Origin: a bacterium
GTDB taxonomy: Bacteria; Patescibacteriota; Patescibacteriia; UBA10025
NCBI GenBank assembly: GCA_021815445.1
Contig: JAKAGM010000001.1
Span: 531,710-595,709, forward strand
Length of the DNA: 64,000 nt
Reading direction: 5' to 3'
This document shows positions 1-7,449 of the stretch, one piece after another (the first letter of the stretch is position 1; each line of letters starts with the position of its first letter). Below the pieces are notes generated by a model that made no database searches, was not told where the DNA came from, and saw only the letters and a list, made by a program, of their open reading frames with translations. The position numbers and the translations under genes are program-made.

Positions 1-96
1 TTTTGACAGTACTGCACTGTAACAGATTATATATACCCGGTCAACTCGAAACACGCGCAGTGGAGGGGCCTGCGCTGAAAGGCATGAATGAACTTC

Positions 97-1239
97 CTAG
101 CCTTCTATATCCTCTCCCCGCAAATCAGCTAGCTCTTTGAGCAGATCTTTTTCGCGCCTTGAGAGCTGTGCGGGAGTTTCCACCTGCACGGTCACGAGAT
201 GGTCTCCGCGCCCGCGTTTGCGCAGGTGGGTTACACCCTTCCCGTCCAGGCGAAATACTTTGCCCGACTGTGTCCCGTGAGGAATTTTGAGGATTACTTC
301 GCCGTCGAGCGTTTCAATGTGCACCTTAGTGCCAAGCGCCGCCTGTGAGAAGCCGACGGAAACGTCAGAATAGATGTCGTCCCCTTCCCGCCTGAAGTTC
401 GGATCGTTCGGTACTTTGATGCGGACAAAAAGGTCACCGGCCTCGGCTCCCCTGACCCCGGCGGCTCCCTTTCCCGACAGGCGGAGAGATTCCCCGTCGC
501 TGATGCCCGCGGGAATTTTTACGCTTATGGTCTCTTGGCCTGTCGTGCGCCCTTCGCCGTGGCAGACCGTGCATTTCTTCGAAGCTTTGCGCCCTTCGCC
601 GTGGCACTCAGGGCAGACTCCCATTTGTCTGAGGGCGCCGAAGAATGTCTGCTGGATATTTTGCACCTGTCCGCTGCCGCCGCATGTGGCGCACGAGACT
701 ATCTTTGCCCCGGGGTCGGCTCCGCTGCCGCCGCACCGCTTGCAGGTGATTTCTTTTTCTAGGGTGAGAACTTTGTCGGTACCAAAGGCCGCCTCATGCA
801 AAGATACGGTTACGGATATCTCGGCGTCATTGCCGCGGCGCACCTCACTTCGCGCCCGGCCTCTCGACCCGCCCATGCCGAAGATATCGCCGAAAATGTC
901 TCCGAGATCGCCGAAATCAAAATTGGCATTCTCGGTCCTAAACCCCCCGAACGGTCCTCCCCCGCGCGCAAAGTCCTCGGCAGAAAATCCGCCGAATCCG
1001 CCCGGGCCGCCGCCCTGTCGCCGCGCCTGGTCAAATGTCTGCCCGAACTGGTCGTACTGCTGGCGCTTCTCCTTGTTGCTTAGGGTTTGGTAGGCCTCGT
1101 TAATTTCTTTGAACTTTTCCTCGTCGCCGCCGTCCTTGTCAGGATGATGCTCATGCGCAAGCTTGCGAAACGCTTTTTTGATGTCAGCTTCGCTCGCGTC
1201 CTTCGGCACGCCTAAAATGTTATAAAAATCTTTTGCCAT
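97..1239 (-). CDS. dnaJ: Molecular chaperone DnaJ
   Basis: N-terminal J domain with HPD motif (HEHHPDK), Gly/Phe-rich linker, four CxxCxGxG zinc-finger repeats, C-terminal substrate domain. Confidence 0.9.
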   Translation of the reverse strand: MAKDFYNILGVPKDASEADIKKAFRKLAHEHHPDKDGGDEEKFKEINEAYQTLSNKEKRQQYDQFGQTFDQARRQGGGPGGFGGFSAEDFARGGGPFGGFRTENANFDFGDLGDIFGDIFGMGGSRGRARSEVRRGNDAEISVTVSLHEAAFGTDKVLTLEKEITCKRCGGSGADPGAKIVSCATCGGSGQVQNIQQTFFGALRQMGVCPECHGEGRKASKKCTVCHGEGRTTGQETISVKIPAGISDGESLRLSGKGAAGVRGAEAGDLFVRIKVPNDPNFRREGDDIYSDVSVGFSQAALGTKVHIETLDGEVILKIPHGTQSGKVFRLDGKGVTHLRKRGRGDHLVTVQVETPAQLSRREKDLLKELADLRGEDIEG

Positions 1240-1297
1240 AGTGTTGTGTATCTTTTCAGCATGACAGGATACCCCGTATCCAAGCTCCAGTCAAGGC

Positions 1298-2350
1298 CTA
1301 GAGTTCGAGGCGCTCCTTGCTGATCATGACTTTGCCGATGCGGACAAATCTGAACGCAGAAAGGACGCGGTAGACGATAAAAGAGAAAAACTGGATCAGC
1401 GGCTGATAGACAATATCGAATATTTTAAGCACGAAAAAGAGTGAAAGCGCCAGCACCGCCGGCAAAAACTTTTTGTACGGGGCCACATACTTTTCGAGCT
1501 GCTGGTTCACAATTTTTTCCACGATAACTTCCATCCTGTCAGTCCCCGACGCCGTGATGCCGAAGGTGGAGAGAAACTTCGCGCGGGCTTCGTCGGTCAA
1601 CTGCCCCTGCGCGCTGGCTAATCCTTCCTGGATTGATTTCTCTATTTCGGCGGTTCCCGGAAATCCCAGCGTCGTGGTTACCTGCTGTGAAGGTTGGACT
1701 GTCGACTCCCTGATGAACTCATCAAGCGTCATGTCCGGCGAATAGTGGGCGACATAGCGCGGAAGAACTCTGTCCACGGAAACAACGGCAGTCTTTACGA
1801 TACCGCTGAGGAGCCGCTCCGACTCCTGCCGGGTGATAAGGAAGGAATAATAGGTGAATGACACTGAGAGCAGAATGAGCGAAATGGCTATGCCCAATCC
1901 TGCCGGAATCACTTGGCTGACTTTGAAGCTGATGCGAGTCTCCATATCACTCCGGATATTCTTGCGCCAGAGAATGAAAGCCAAAATCATAGCTATAATG
2001 GCGATCATGTTCGAAAGGCTCACGGGGAAAAAAGCGACATGGCTCAGGGCTCCGACAGCCACGATGACGTAAAAAACCAGACTTCGCTGGATAAGCAATG
2101 CTGTCAGACCCACGACGGCAAACATGAGCGCAAAAGCGAACAGAACGAATGCGAACGTCAGGAGCGTGTCGAGACGGAGCGAAAATCCCTCGCCGCTCTG
2201 GAAAATCCTGAAAAACGTAAACCAGAAAAATGCCATCGATGTCACTGTCAGCGCGCTGAGAATGGTAAGTTTATGCAACGGTTGCGGGACCGGTTTTTCT
2301 TTTTGGGCTTGGAGCGCCTGCTCTTCCTGCGTAGGTTTTTCAATTCGCAT
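1298..2350 (-). CDS. Hypothetical integral membrane protein
   Basis: 350 aa ORF with multiple hydrophobic helices at both ends and a soluble central segment; no recognised family. Confidence 0.55.
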   Translation of the reverse strand: MRIEKPTQEEQALQAQKEKPVPQPLHKLTILSALTVTSMAFFWFTFFRIFQSGEGFSLRLDTLLTFAFVLFAFALMFAVVGLTALLIQRSLVFYVIVAVGALSHVAFFPVSLSNMIAIIAMILAFILWRKNIRSDMETRISFKVSQVIPAGLGIAISLILLSVSFTYYSFLITRQESERLLSGIVKTAVVSVDRVLPRYVAHYSPDMTLDEFIRESTVQPSQQVTTTLGFPGTAEIEKSIQEGLASAQGQLTDEARAKFLSTFGITASGTDRMEVIVEKIVNQQLEKYVAPYKKFLPAVLALSLFFVLKIFDIVYQPLIQFFSFIVYRVLSAFRFVRIGKVMISKERLEL

Positions 2351-2548
2351 AAGGATATGTTACTCAGTGTACCATCGCGTCCACCATCAGACAATCATGC
2401 GCAGATCGCATGTTTACCGATTTCTGATTTTGGCAACGTTCTTCCCGATCGGAACAGGTGTGATATCAAACTTCTCTCTATTTAATCAGGTTTATAGGGA
2501 CTTTCTTGAAGCTAGGGAAGTTATTCCCAGCTTATCCACTCTGCGGTC

Positions 2549-2577
2549 TTGACCGGTTTTTCCAGTAAGAGTAGCAT
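2549..2577 (+). promoter_or_regulatory. Sigma70-like promoter (TTGACC-17nt-TAGCAT) in front of a GC-rich non-coding stretch
   Basis: Hexamers read directly, 17 nt spacer; no convincing ORF downstream. Confidence 0.35.
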
Positions 2578-3068
2578 GCTCATTACGTCTTTACGTTCTT
2601 TCCATTCCACGAACTTTGTCGGTGACTATTACCGGCTCGATGCTCACAATGGATGGGGGTGAGAGACTTCTCTCGATCAAACTCTCCGTGAGTTATGACG
2701 CGACAACGTCGCACCCTTTCAAGTCGGAACACCTCGGAAACTTTGACGTTTCCGTGACTCAGGTAGTCGGACCTTTATATGGGAGGCCTGACTGCTGGAA
2801 CATTTCCGGCGTCATCTACTGAGCTCGAGAAAGCGCGATTGCATTTGATGCGGGGATTTGGCCGGGAGGAATCCAGGCCGCAGCCTCCGTGCTGACCCCC
2901 AAGGACCTTACGGTCCGCCCTTGCCCATTGCGGGCAACTGTACCCATCGCCCCAGGGCGATGATATCTGCACTTTGCGCCAGGTTTCCCGACACGGCCCC
3001 AAGATCCTTTGATGACACACCTCCTCATTGAATCGCGGGGCTGTTTTTCTTTGGGTGAAAAAACGCTC

Positions 3069-3096
3069 TTGACTTCATCTGACAGGGCATTATACT
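3069..3096 (+). promoter_or_regulatory. Sigma70-like promoter (TTGACT-16nt-TATACT) for a candidate small RNA
   Basis: Near-consensus -35 and -10 hexamers; about 165 nt downstream is a strong intrinsic terminator. Confidence 0.5.
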
Positions 3097-3102
3097 ATCG
3101 AC

Positions 3103-3271
3103 GTGTTCTTCGGATACTACCCGGCTGGGCAATGAATTCGGGGATTCATCCCACCCGGCGCTACGCGCAATGCTTCTCCGCTTACAAGGAAGGCGAGGAC
3201 GACCAGAGTCCAAAACGGAGTTGCGCACGTAGCAGGGCTCGGCAAATGATACTGCGCCGAGCCTGTTTTTT
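3103..3271 (+). ncRNA. Candidate small non-coding RNA, about 170 nt, identity unknown
   Basis: Bounded by promoter 3069-3096 and terminator 3237-3271; no ORF with an RBS fits inside; convergent with DUF3467 gene. Confidence 0.35.
3237..3271 (+). terminator. Rho-independent terminator (GCTCGGC...GCCGAGC stem plus T6)
   Basis: Perfect 7 bp GC-rich stem followed by TGTTTTTT. Confidence 0.6.
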
Positions 3272-3279
3272 ATATCCCG

Positions 3280-3585
3280 TTATCCGTGGAACCCGATCTC
3301 ACTATTCATCGGGGCCTTTGCGACCTCGATGGTCCCGAAGTTCTTTTCATATTTCTCTATATTATCTTTGAGCGCGCCGAGGACCCGCTTCATATGGCCC
3401 GGCGAGAGGATCACCCGCGCATTGACGATGCCCGCGCGCTGGAGCGGATAGACATTCATAAAATCGAGGACGAATTCCTCCTTGGAATGCGCCACTGACA
3501 TCATGTTCGCATAGATGCCTTTCATCGTGGCGTCGTCTATCTTAATTTGTATCTGCTGCCCTTCGGGGGCTTGCTGTCCGTTCAT
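3280..3585 (-). CDS. DUF3467 family protein
   Basis: About 100 aa; conserved EFVLDF...ILSP.H.KR...AL..N..KYE..FG core typical of DUF3467. Confidence 0.75.
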   Translation of the reverse strand: MNGQQAPEGQQIQIKIDDATMKGIYANMMSVAHSKEEFVLDFMNVYPLQRAGIVNARVILSPGHMKRVLGALKDNIEKYEKNFGTIEVAKAPMNSEIGFHG

Positions 3586-3702
3586 AGTGCGTTGGGATTA
3601 GTGGATAAATGTTAATAATAAACTGCATATTGACATTGGCACCTCATATGCGTAAGCTGTGGTTAATAACATCGCACAAACAGGGAAACGAGGAGGAAGT
3701 CC

Positions 3703-3942
3703 ATGAGGATTTTCATTACAGATGTTGAGGTGTTGGGGACAGAGTTGATAGTCCGCTCAAATTTACGGAGATGGGCGTATCATCTCTCAGACGTCATTTC
3801 CGGCGTGCTTTCTATCGAAGAGATCGTCGAGGATAGCGAGTCCGAGGAATTGATCGTCACGGCAGATGGCGTTAAACTCCGTCTCTATACTTGGAGACAG
3901 GCTGCCCTCGGCGAACGGTCCAAATCCTGCCTCGCCGCGTAG
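3703..3942 (+). CDS. Hypothetical small protein (79 aa)
   Basis: AGGAGGA RBS 7 nt upstream of ATG; followed by terminator at 3973-4004. Confidence 0.5.
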   Translation: MRIFITDVEVLGTELIVRSNLRRWAYHLSDVISGVLSIEEIVEDSESEELIVTADGVKLRLYTWRQAALGERSKSCLAA

Positions 3943-3972
3943 GTCTGACCGACTAACGCAATGTTCCTGCCC

Positions 3973-4004
3973 CCTGCCGCCCCGTTTGACGGCAGGTTTT
4001 TTTA
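3973..4004 (+). terminator. Rho-independent terminator (CCTGCCG...CGGCAGG plus T8)
   Basis: 7 bp stem followed by TTTTTTTT. Confidence 0.6.
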
Positions 4005-4111
4005 TTCATGAGCGCTTGCACATCTTAGTAGTACATGGTAAAGATGACAATGAGTATACGTTAAACGAAAGTAATGCACAATTGTTCTGTCACATGCGGA
4101 GGGAGGGAAGT

Positions 4112-4183
4112 ATGCGGTTCGAGATAGCAAATTGGTGCTTTGATAACACCCGCGGAATTGTCCTTTTGCATCTGAGGGCCTGA
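4112..4183 (+). CDS. Putative 23 aa peptide with strong RBS (MRFEIANWCFDNTRGIVLLHLRA)
   Basis: GGAGGGAGGGAAG directly upstream of ATG; weak terminator-like hairpin plus T-tract follows. Confidence 0.2.
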   Translation: MRFEIANWCFDNTRGIVLLHLRA

Positions 4184-4243
4184 TTAAGCTTTACGGTCAT
4201 TCCAGGCCCCCGGCACACGCTGACGGGTCTTTTCTTTTTTGCA

Positions 4244-4278
4244 TTGACAAAGAGCAAACAACTGCTAGACTGGCGATA
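4244..4278 (+). promoter_or_regulatory. Sigma70-like promoter (TTGACA-17nt-TAGACT) for the small membrane protein gene
   Basis: Hexamers read directly. Confidence 0.4.
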
Positions 4279-4331
4279 TCTGTTAAGAATTGATGAGGAA
4301 TATAATTGCTCATTCGAGGAGGGGTACTAAA

Positions 4332-4493
4332 ATGGAAACGTTCAAATCGTGGCCTGGATGGGCACAGGCGCTGACGGTTATCGTCGGCATCATTCTCGTC
4401 CTGGCTGCGGTGGGCTATCGCTTCATCGAGCTGATGAAACAGATTCCGTCCGAATCAAAGGACGAATCGGCGCAGAGCTCTGCACGAACCTGA
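4332..4493 (+). CDS. Small membrane protein (53 aa, single TM helix)
   Basis: GAGGAGGGG RBS upstream of METFKSW; hydrophobic helix ALTVIVGIILVLAAVGY; ORF track start at 4290 is probably too early. Confidence 0.45.
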   Translation: METFKSWPGWAQALTVIVGIILVLAAVGYRFIELMKQIPSESKDESAQSSART

Positions 4494-4622
4494 TCTTCAT
4501 CGGTCATTCATCCAGATCGCTGACTCCGCACGATACAACTATGTGGAGTCTTTTCTTATAGTGGTAACCCTGTAGGGGTCAAGCAAGCTTGACCCGATTT
4601 TCTAAAAGTCGAAGCTTTGCCC

Positions 4623-4904
4623 CTACTTCTTTCTCGGCCCGCGATACAGGACTTTAAACTTCAACCGGCTCACGTTCTGGTTCTTTTTCGCCTTTGAACC
4701 ATGTGCGCCGATCGCCCACACGTTAATACCCGCTTTGCCTTTTTTCTCGTCTGTGGACGTGACTGCCACGTCGAATTCAACGAACGAACTTGATGATTTG
4801 CTGTCTGTCGTTATCCAAAAGAGATGATTGCCGGCCTTGTTGGCCGCCTCAATACCCTTGGCAATGTTTGTTAATGTCGTGGTGATAAATTGGTCGAGTT
4901 GCAT
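4623..4904 (-). CDS. Hypothetical protein with trypco2-like (trypsin-co-occurring domain 2) signature
   Basis: 93 aa; VEFDVAVTxT...GKAGINVWAIGA...RLKFKV pattern resembles the trypco2 domain seen in conflict systems; preceded by conserved hairpin-pair leader. Confidence 0.5.
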   Translation of the reverse strand: MQLDQFITTTLTNIAKGIEAANKAGNHLFWITTDSKSSSSFVEFDVAVTSTDEKKGKAGINVWAIGAHGSKAKKNQNVSRLKFKVLYRGPRKK

Positions 4905-4919
4905 AATATTCTAGCTTTC

Positions 4920-4968
4920 GCACCCTAGAGAGGGTGCTCTCCTTGTCATGCCGAACTTGATTCGGCAT
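4920..4968. repeat. Hairpin-pair motif copy A (GCACCC-N6-GGGTGC and ATGCCGAA-CTTGA-TTCGGCAT)
   Basis: Perfect inverted repeats read directly; lies in the 5' leader of the minus-strand gene 4623-4904. Confidence 0.7.
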
Positions 4969-4980
4969 CTTTATCAAGCT

Positions 4981-5178
4981 TTAGTTTCCTAGGAACTTCA
5001 AAGCGCCATAGACCAGGAATATCGGCCAGATGATTGCCTTAAGGAATCCAAGCACACCCGCCCAAAAAGTCGCTGCCACGGAAATATAATAAATCGCGGC
5101 GCCGATGAAACCTAACCCATAGACCGCCTCTCCGCCACGCTTTGTAACATTCACGTCCATCATATATGCCATGTACAT
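4981..5178 (-). CDS. Small hydrophobic membrane protein (65 aa)
   Basis: Two predicted TM helices; tightly packed between island genes. Confidence 0.4.
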   Translation of the reverse strand: MYMAYMMDVNVTKRGGEAVYGLGFIGAAIYYISVAATFWAGVLGFLKAIIWPIFLVYGALKFLGN

Positions 5179-5202
5179 TTAATAATTAGCCTTGTCATGC
5201 CC

Positions 5203-5715
5203 TCATTTTACCCTCCCGAGAAAGTAATCATCAATAGCCCGCACGAGCGCCACGGGTTTGGCGTCGAACGACCATTCTTTCTTTTCCCGCTTGGCGTCGT
5301 TCTCGAGTATTAATTGGAACCTGTTCGACTTGGTGAGGATGCATTTCGGCGGAGTGGCGTGAAAATGCCACGGCGTGCCATCTTGGACGAACTGTTTCAC
5401 CATCTCAAGCGCTTCATGGTCAGCTGGCCCGAAATCCCCCTGTGCCTGCAAGTATGCGCGTCCTTCAAGCTCCTCGCGGAGTTCTTTCGTACTCCGGCAG
5501 TAGATATTCCCCTGCGGCGTCTCAAGCAAAATAATCTCCTTGCCGGTGTCATTCATGAAGCATTCGGGCGAAAGGCAATGATGATGCCACGCCGTGCCCA
5601 TGCGGACGGTCCTTTGCTCAGCGTCGTCGTATTCTACGTATTTTGCGTCTTCGGATATCATATATTCTGTACTTTCTTTCGCACCCTCGAAAGAGTGCTC
5701 TTCTTTATCCACCAT
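5203..5715 (-). CDS. Hypothetical protein with duplicated G-T-x-W-H-x-H ... C motif (WHH-like); likely true start at 5661
   Basis: Internal repeat GTAWHHHCLSPEC and GTPWHFHATPPKC; the first 18 codons overlap a conserved leader hairpin, so the ATG at 5661 is favoured. Confidence 0.5.
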   Translation of the reverse strand: MVDKEEHSFEGAKESTEYMISEDAKYVEYDDAEQRTVRMGTAWHHHCLSPECFMNDTGKEIILLETPQGNIYCRSTKELREELEGRAYLQAQGDFGPADHEALEMVKQFVQDGTPWHFHATPPKCILTKSNRFQLILENDAKREKKEWSFDAKPVALVRAIDDYFLGRVK

Positions 5716-5798
5716 CCTGAACTTGATTCAGGATCCCGAATTAAATACCTTGGCAGATTACCTCGGGATGCCGAATCAAGTTCGGCATGGGGACAGCT
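5681..5798. repeat. Hairpin-pair motif copy B (GCACCC hairpin, CCTGAA-CTTGA-TTCAGG, ATGCCGAA-TCAAG-TTCGGCAT)
   Basis: Inverted repeats read directly; same stems as copy A. Confidence 0.7.
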
Positions 5799-5839
5799 AA
5801 TTATCTCCGAGCGTGGCCCGCCGCGGCCGCGCTCGCCTG

Positions 5840-6286
5840 TTAAAGTCCCAGTACTTTCTCCAATATCGGATGTGAAAAATACGCCAGTACATCAAAGTCC
5901 TTATCTGCCAATTCAATCATTTCATGGCCCGGCCGTTCAATAAGTTTGAACCCCGGCTTGTCGAGGTATGCTTTCTTAAACGCCGGGTAATCACTCACCG
6001 TGAAGTCCGCGTCTCCTCGCTCTGGCCGGTTCGGATCCGGTTTCCGTATTTTTACAATTCGCAACGGCCCGGCAACGGTTTCAAACGACTCAACGAGATA
6101 CACGTTACCCATTTTGGTACTCTGAATAACCTTGCCTATTTTCGCAACCATCGCTTCGAGCCTTTGATACTCATCATCTGATTGAGAAAAAATACAGGCA
6201 TAATTCACCGGCGCGTTTTTCTGGTCCGTGTGGAGGTCCTTGAGCTTGCGCGCTTGGGAAACAATGTTCTGTACAATTGAAATCAT
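5840..6286 (-). CDS. Hypothetical protein (148 aa), immediately downstream of SIR2-like gene
   Basis: ORF with ordinary composition; no recognised family. Confidence 0.5.
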   Translation of the reverse strand: MISIVQNIVSQARKLKDLHTDQKNAPVNYACIFSQSDDEYQRLEAMVAKIGKVIQSTKMGNVYLVESFETVAGPLRIVKIRKPDPNRPERGDADFTVSDYPAFKKAYLDKPGFKLIERPGHEMIELADKDFDVLAYFSHPILEKVLGL

Positions 6287-6357
6287 GTTTTTCGTGTTCT
6301 TTCTTTGAATGTTGTATCCTCAGATATCATATGGTTGTTGTTGGGGCATATTTACTT

Positions 6358-7449
6358 TCAAATTTTATTGTAATTTTCTACAAATGTTTTAAAACCATTT
6401 TTAAAAGATGTATTCGATGGATCGAAGAATACCTTCCCTTTTTGGAGTTTTTTTGGATGTCGTTTAATCACTCTTTCCATTATTTCTGTTGCGCCTTCAA
6501 CACTATTGCTCACCACGTGGAGTATCGGGGGTTTCGAGGTTGTATACTTTTCTATCCAGTCATGTATTAGCTCATCATTTGCTTGATAGCCAATCAAGAA
6601 TATCTGACTAACATTTGGAAAGAGTGTTTTAGCTCCCTCTTCTATTTTTTTACCTAACTCGGGAATATGTGAATAAATTTTTTCGGATAGTGGGAGAAAT
6701 ATTAACGGCTGGAAGTAATCCCATCCAAAATCTTGGGAATATATTGAGTCTCGCTTTTGTAAAAAGTTATGACCAGGATCGTAATATTTATAATCAGTTA
6801 GAGCCAGCCCACTACCCTTAAATAGATTAACTGAGGCAAACCGATATCTATTTTGCCAGTCATTATCGGCGCTTTTACCTGGAATGCCACCATCTTCTTG
6901 TCTTTTCTGACCGAGCCAGTTAACTGATCCGTGCGGCTTTAGTATTTTTTGCGTTATGTATGAATCGACATTGTCTAATGGCCTGCTCCAAACTTTAGTA
7001 AAAGCAATATCAAACAGGGTGTCATAATTAAAATTAATGAACGCATGGTGAATGTCTTTCTGCGTTTCTTCGCGAAGTATTATTAAGAGCTTTTTATAAA
7101 GGCTATTATTCCCTGGATGTGTCGAAATCGTTTGAAACATCCAACGTAAGTAATGTGCAAACTTTCCAAGGTCGCCTCTGAGAGAGATCGCGGCCTCCGC
7201 GGTATATCCCTCTCCACCTTGATTTGAGTACTTCCATAATTCACTTAGCCAATCTTCTAAACTACGATCTTTTTTGGTTCTTTCAAATGTGGCACGAAGG
7301 TAGTTAATATCAAGGCTAAGCTCCTCGGCATATTCTTCATAAACAGAATTTAATAATTCATTTGCAAGAGGGGCCTGATATTTATTGTTATCTACATTTT
7401 TATTTGTAGATCCTCTAGAGGCACCCGCACCGAAGATAAAGAGTTTCAT
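6358..7449 (-). CDS. SIR2-like domain protein (SIR2_2 / defence-associated sirtuin family), putative NAD+-consuming effector
   Basis: N-terminal FIFGAGASRG Rossmann motif, NYDTLFD (catalytic Asn) and KPHGSVNW (catalytic His), third strand IFLIGYQANDE; gene is AT-rich (about 38% GC) against 50-55% surroundings. Confidence 0.8.
   Translation of the reverse strand: MKLFIFGAGASRGSTNKNVDNNKYQAPLANELLNSVYEEYAEELSLDINYLRATFERTKKDRSLEDWLSELWKYSNQGGEGYTAEAAISLRGDLGKFAHYLRWMFQTISTHPGNNSLYKKLLIILREETQKDIHHAFINFNYDTLFDIAFTKVWSRPLDNVDSYITQKILKPHGSVNWLGQKRQEDGGIPGKSADNDWQNRYRFASVNLFKGSGLALTDYKYYDPGHNFLQKRDSIYSQDFGWDYFQPLIFLPLSEKIYSHIPELGKKIEEGAKTLFPNVSQIFLIGYQANDELIHDWIEKYTTSKPPILHVVSNSVEGATEIMERVIKRHPKKLQKGKVFFDPSNTSFKNGFKTFVENYNKI

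Noticed and set aside
374-1093. Long plus-strand ORF (239 aa) antisense to dnaJ. Similar long antisense ORFs occur at 17119-17772 opposite tgt, 36825-37664 opposite the P-type ATPase, 51531-52298 opposite the ribosomal genes, 57200-57841 opposite tuf, and 26315-26803 opposite a membrane protein.
   Set aside because: Each lies opposite a confidently identified conserved gene. Their composition is skewed (Pro/Arg/Ser/Cys-rich), typical of shadow ORFs in GC-rich coding DNA.
2590-3280. Attempt to assign the non-coding candidates to RNase P RNA, tmRNA or SRP RNA
   Set aside because: The hallmark motifs were not found: no GGAAAGUCCGG or ACAGAA-CCGGCUUA, no tRNA-like GGUUCGA T-arm, and no GGAAGCAGCC. 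Identity is left open.
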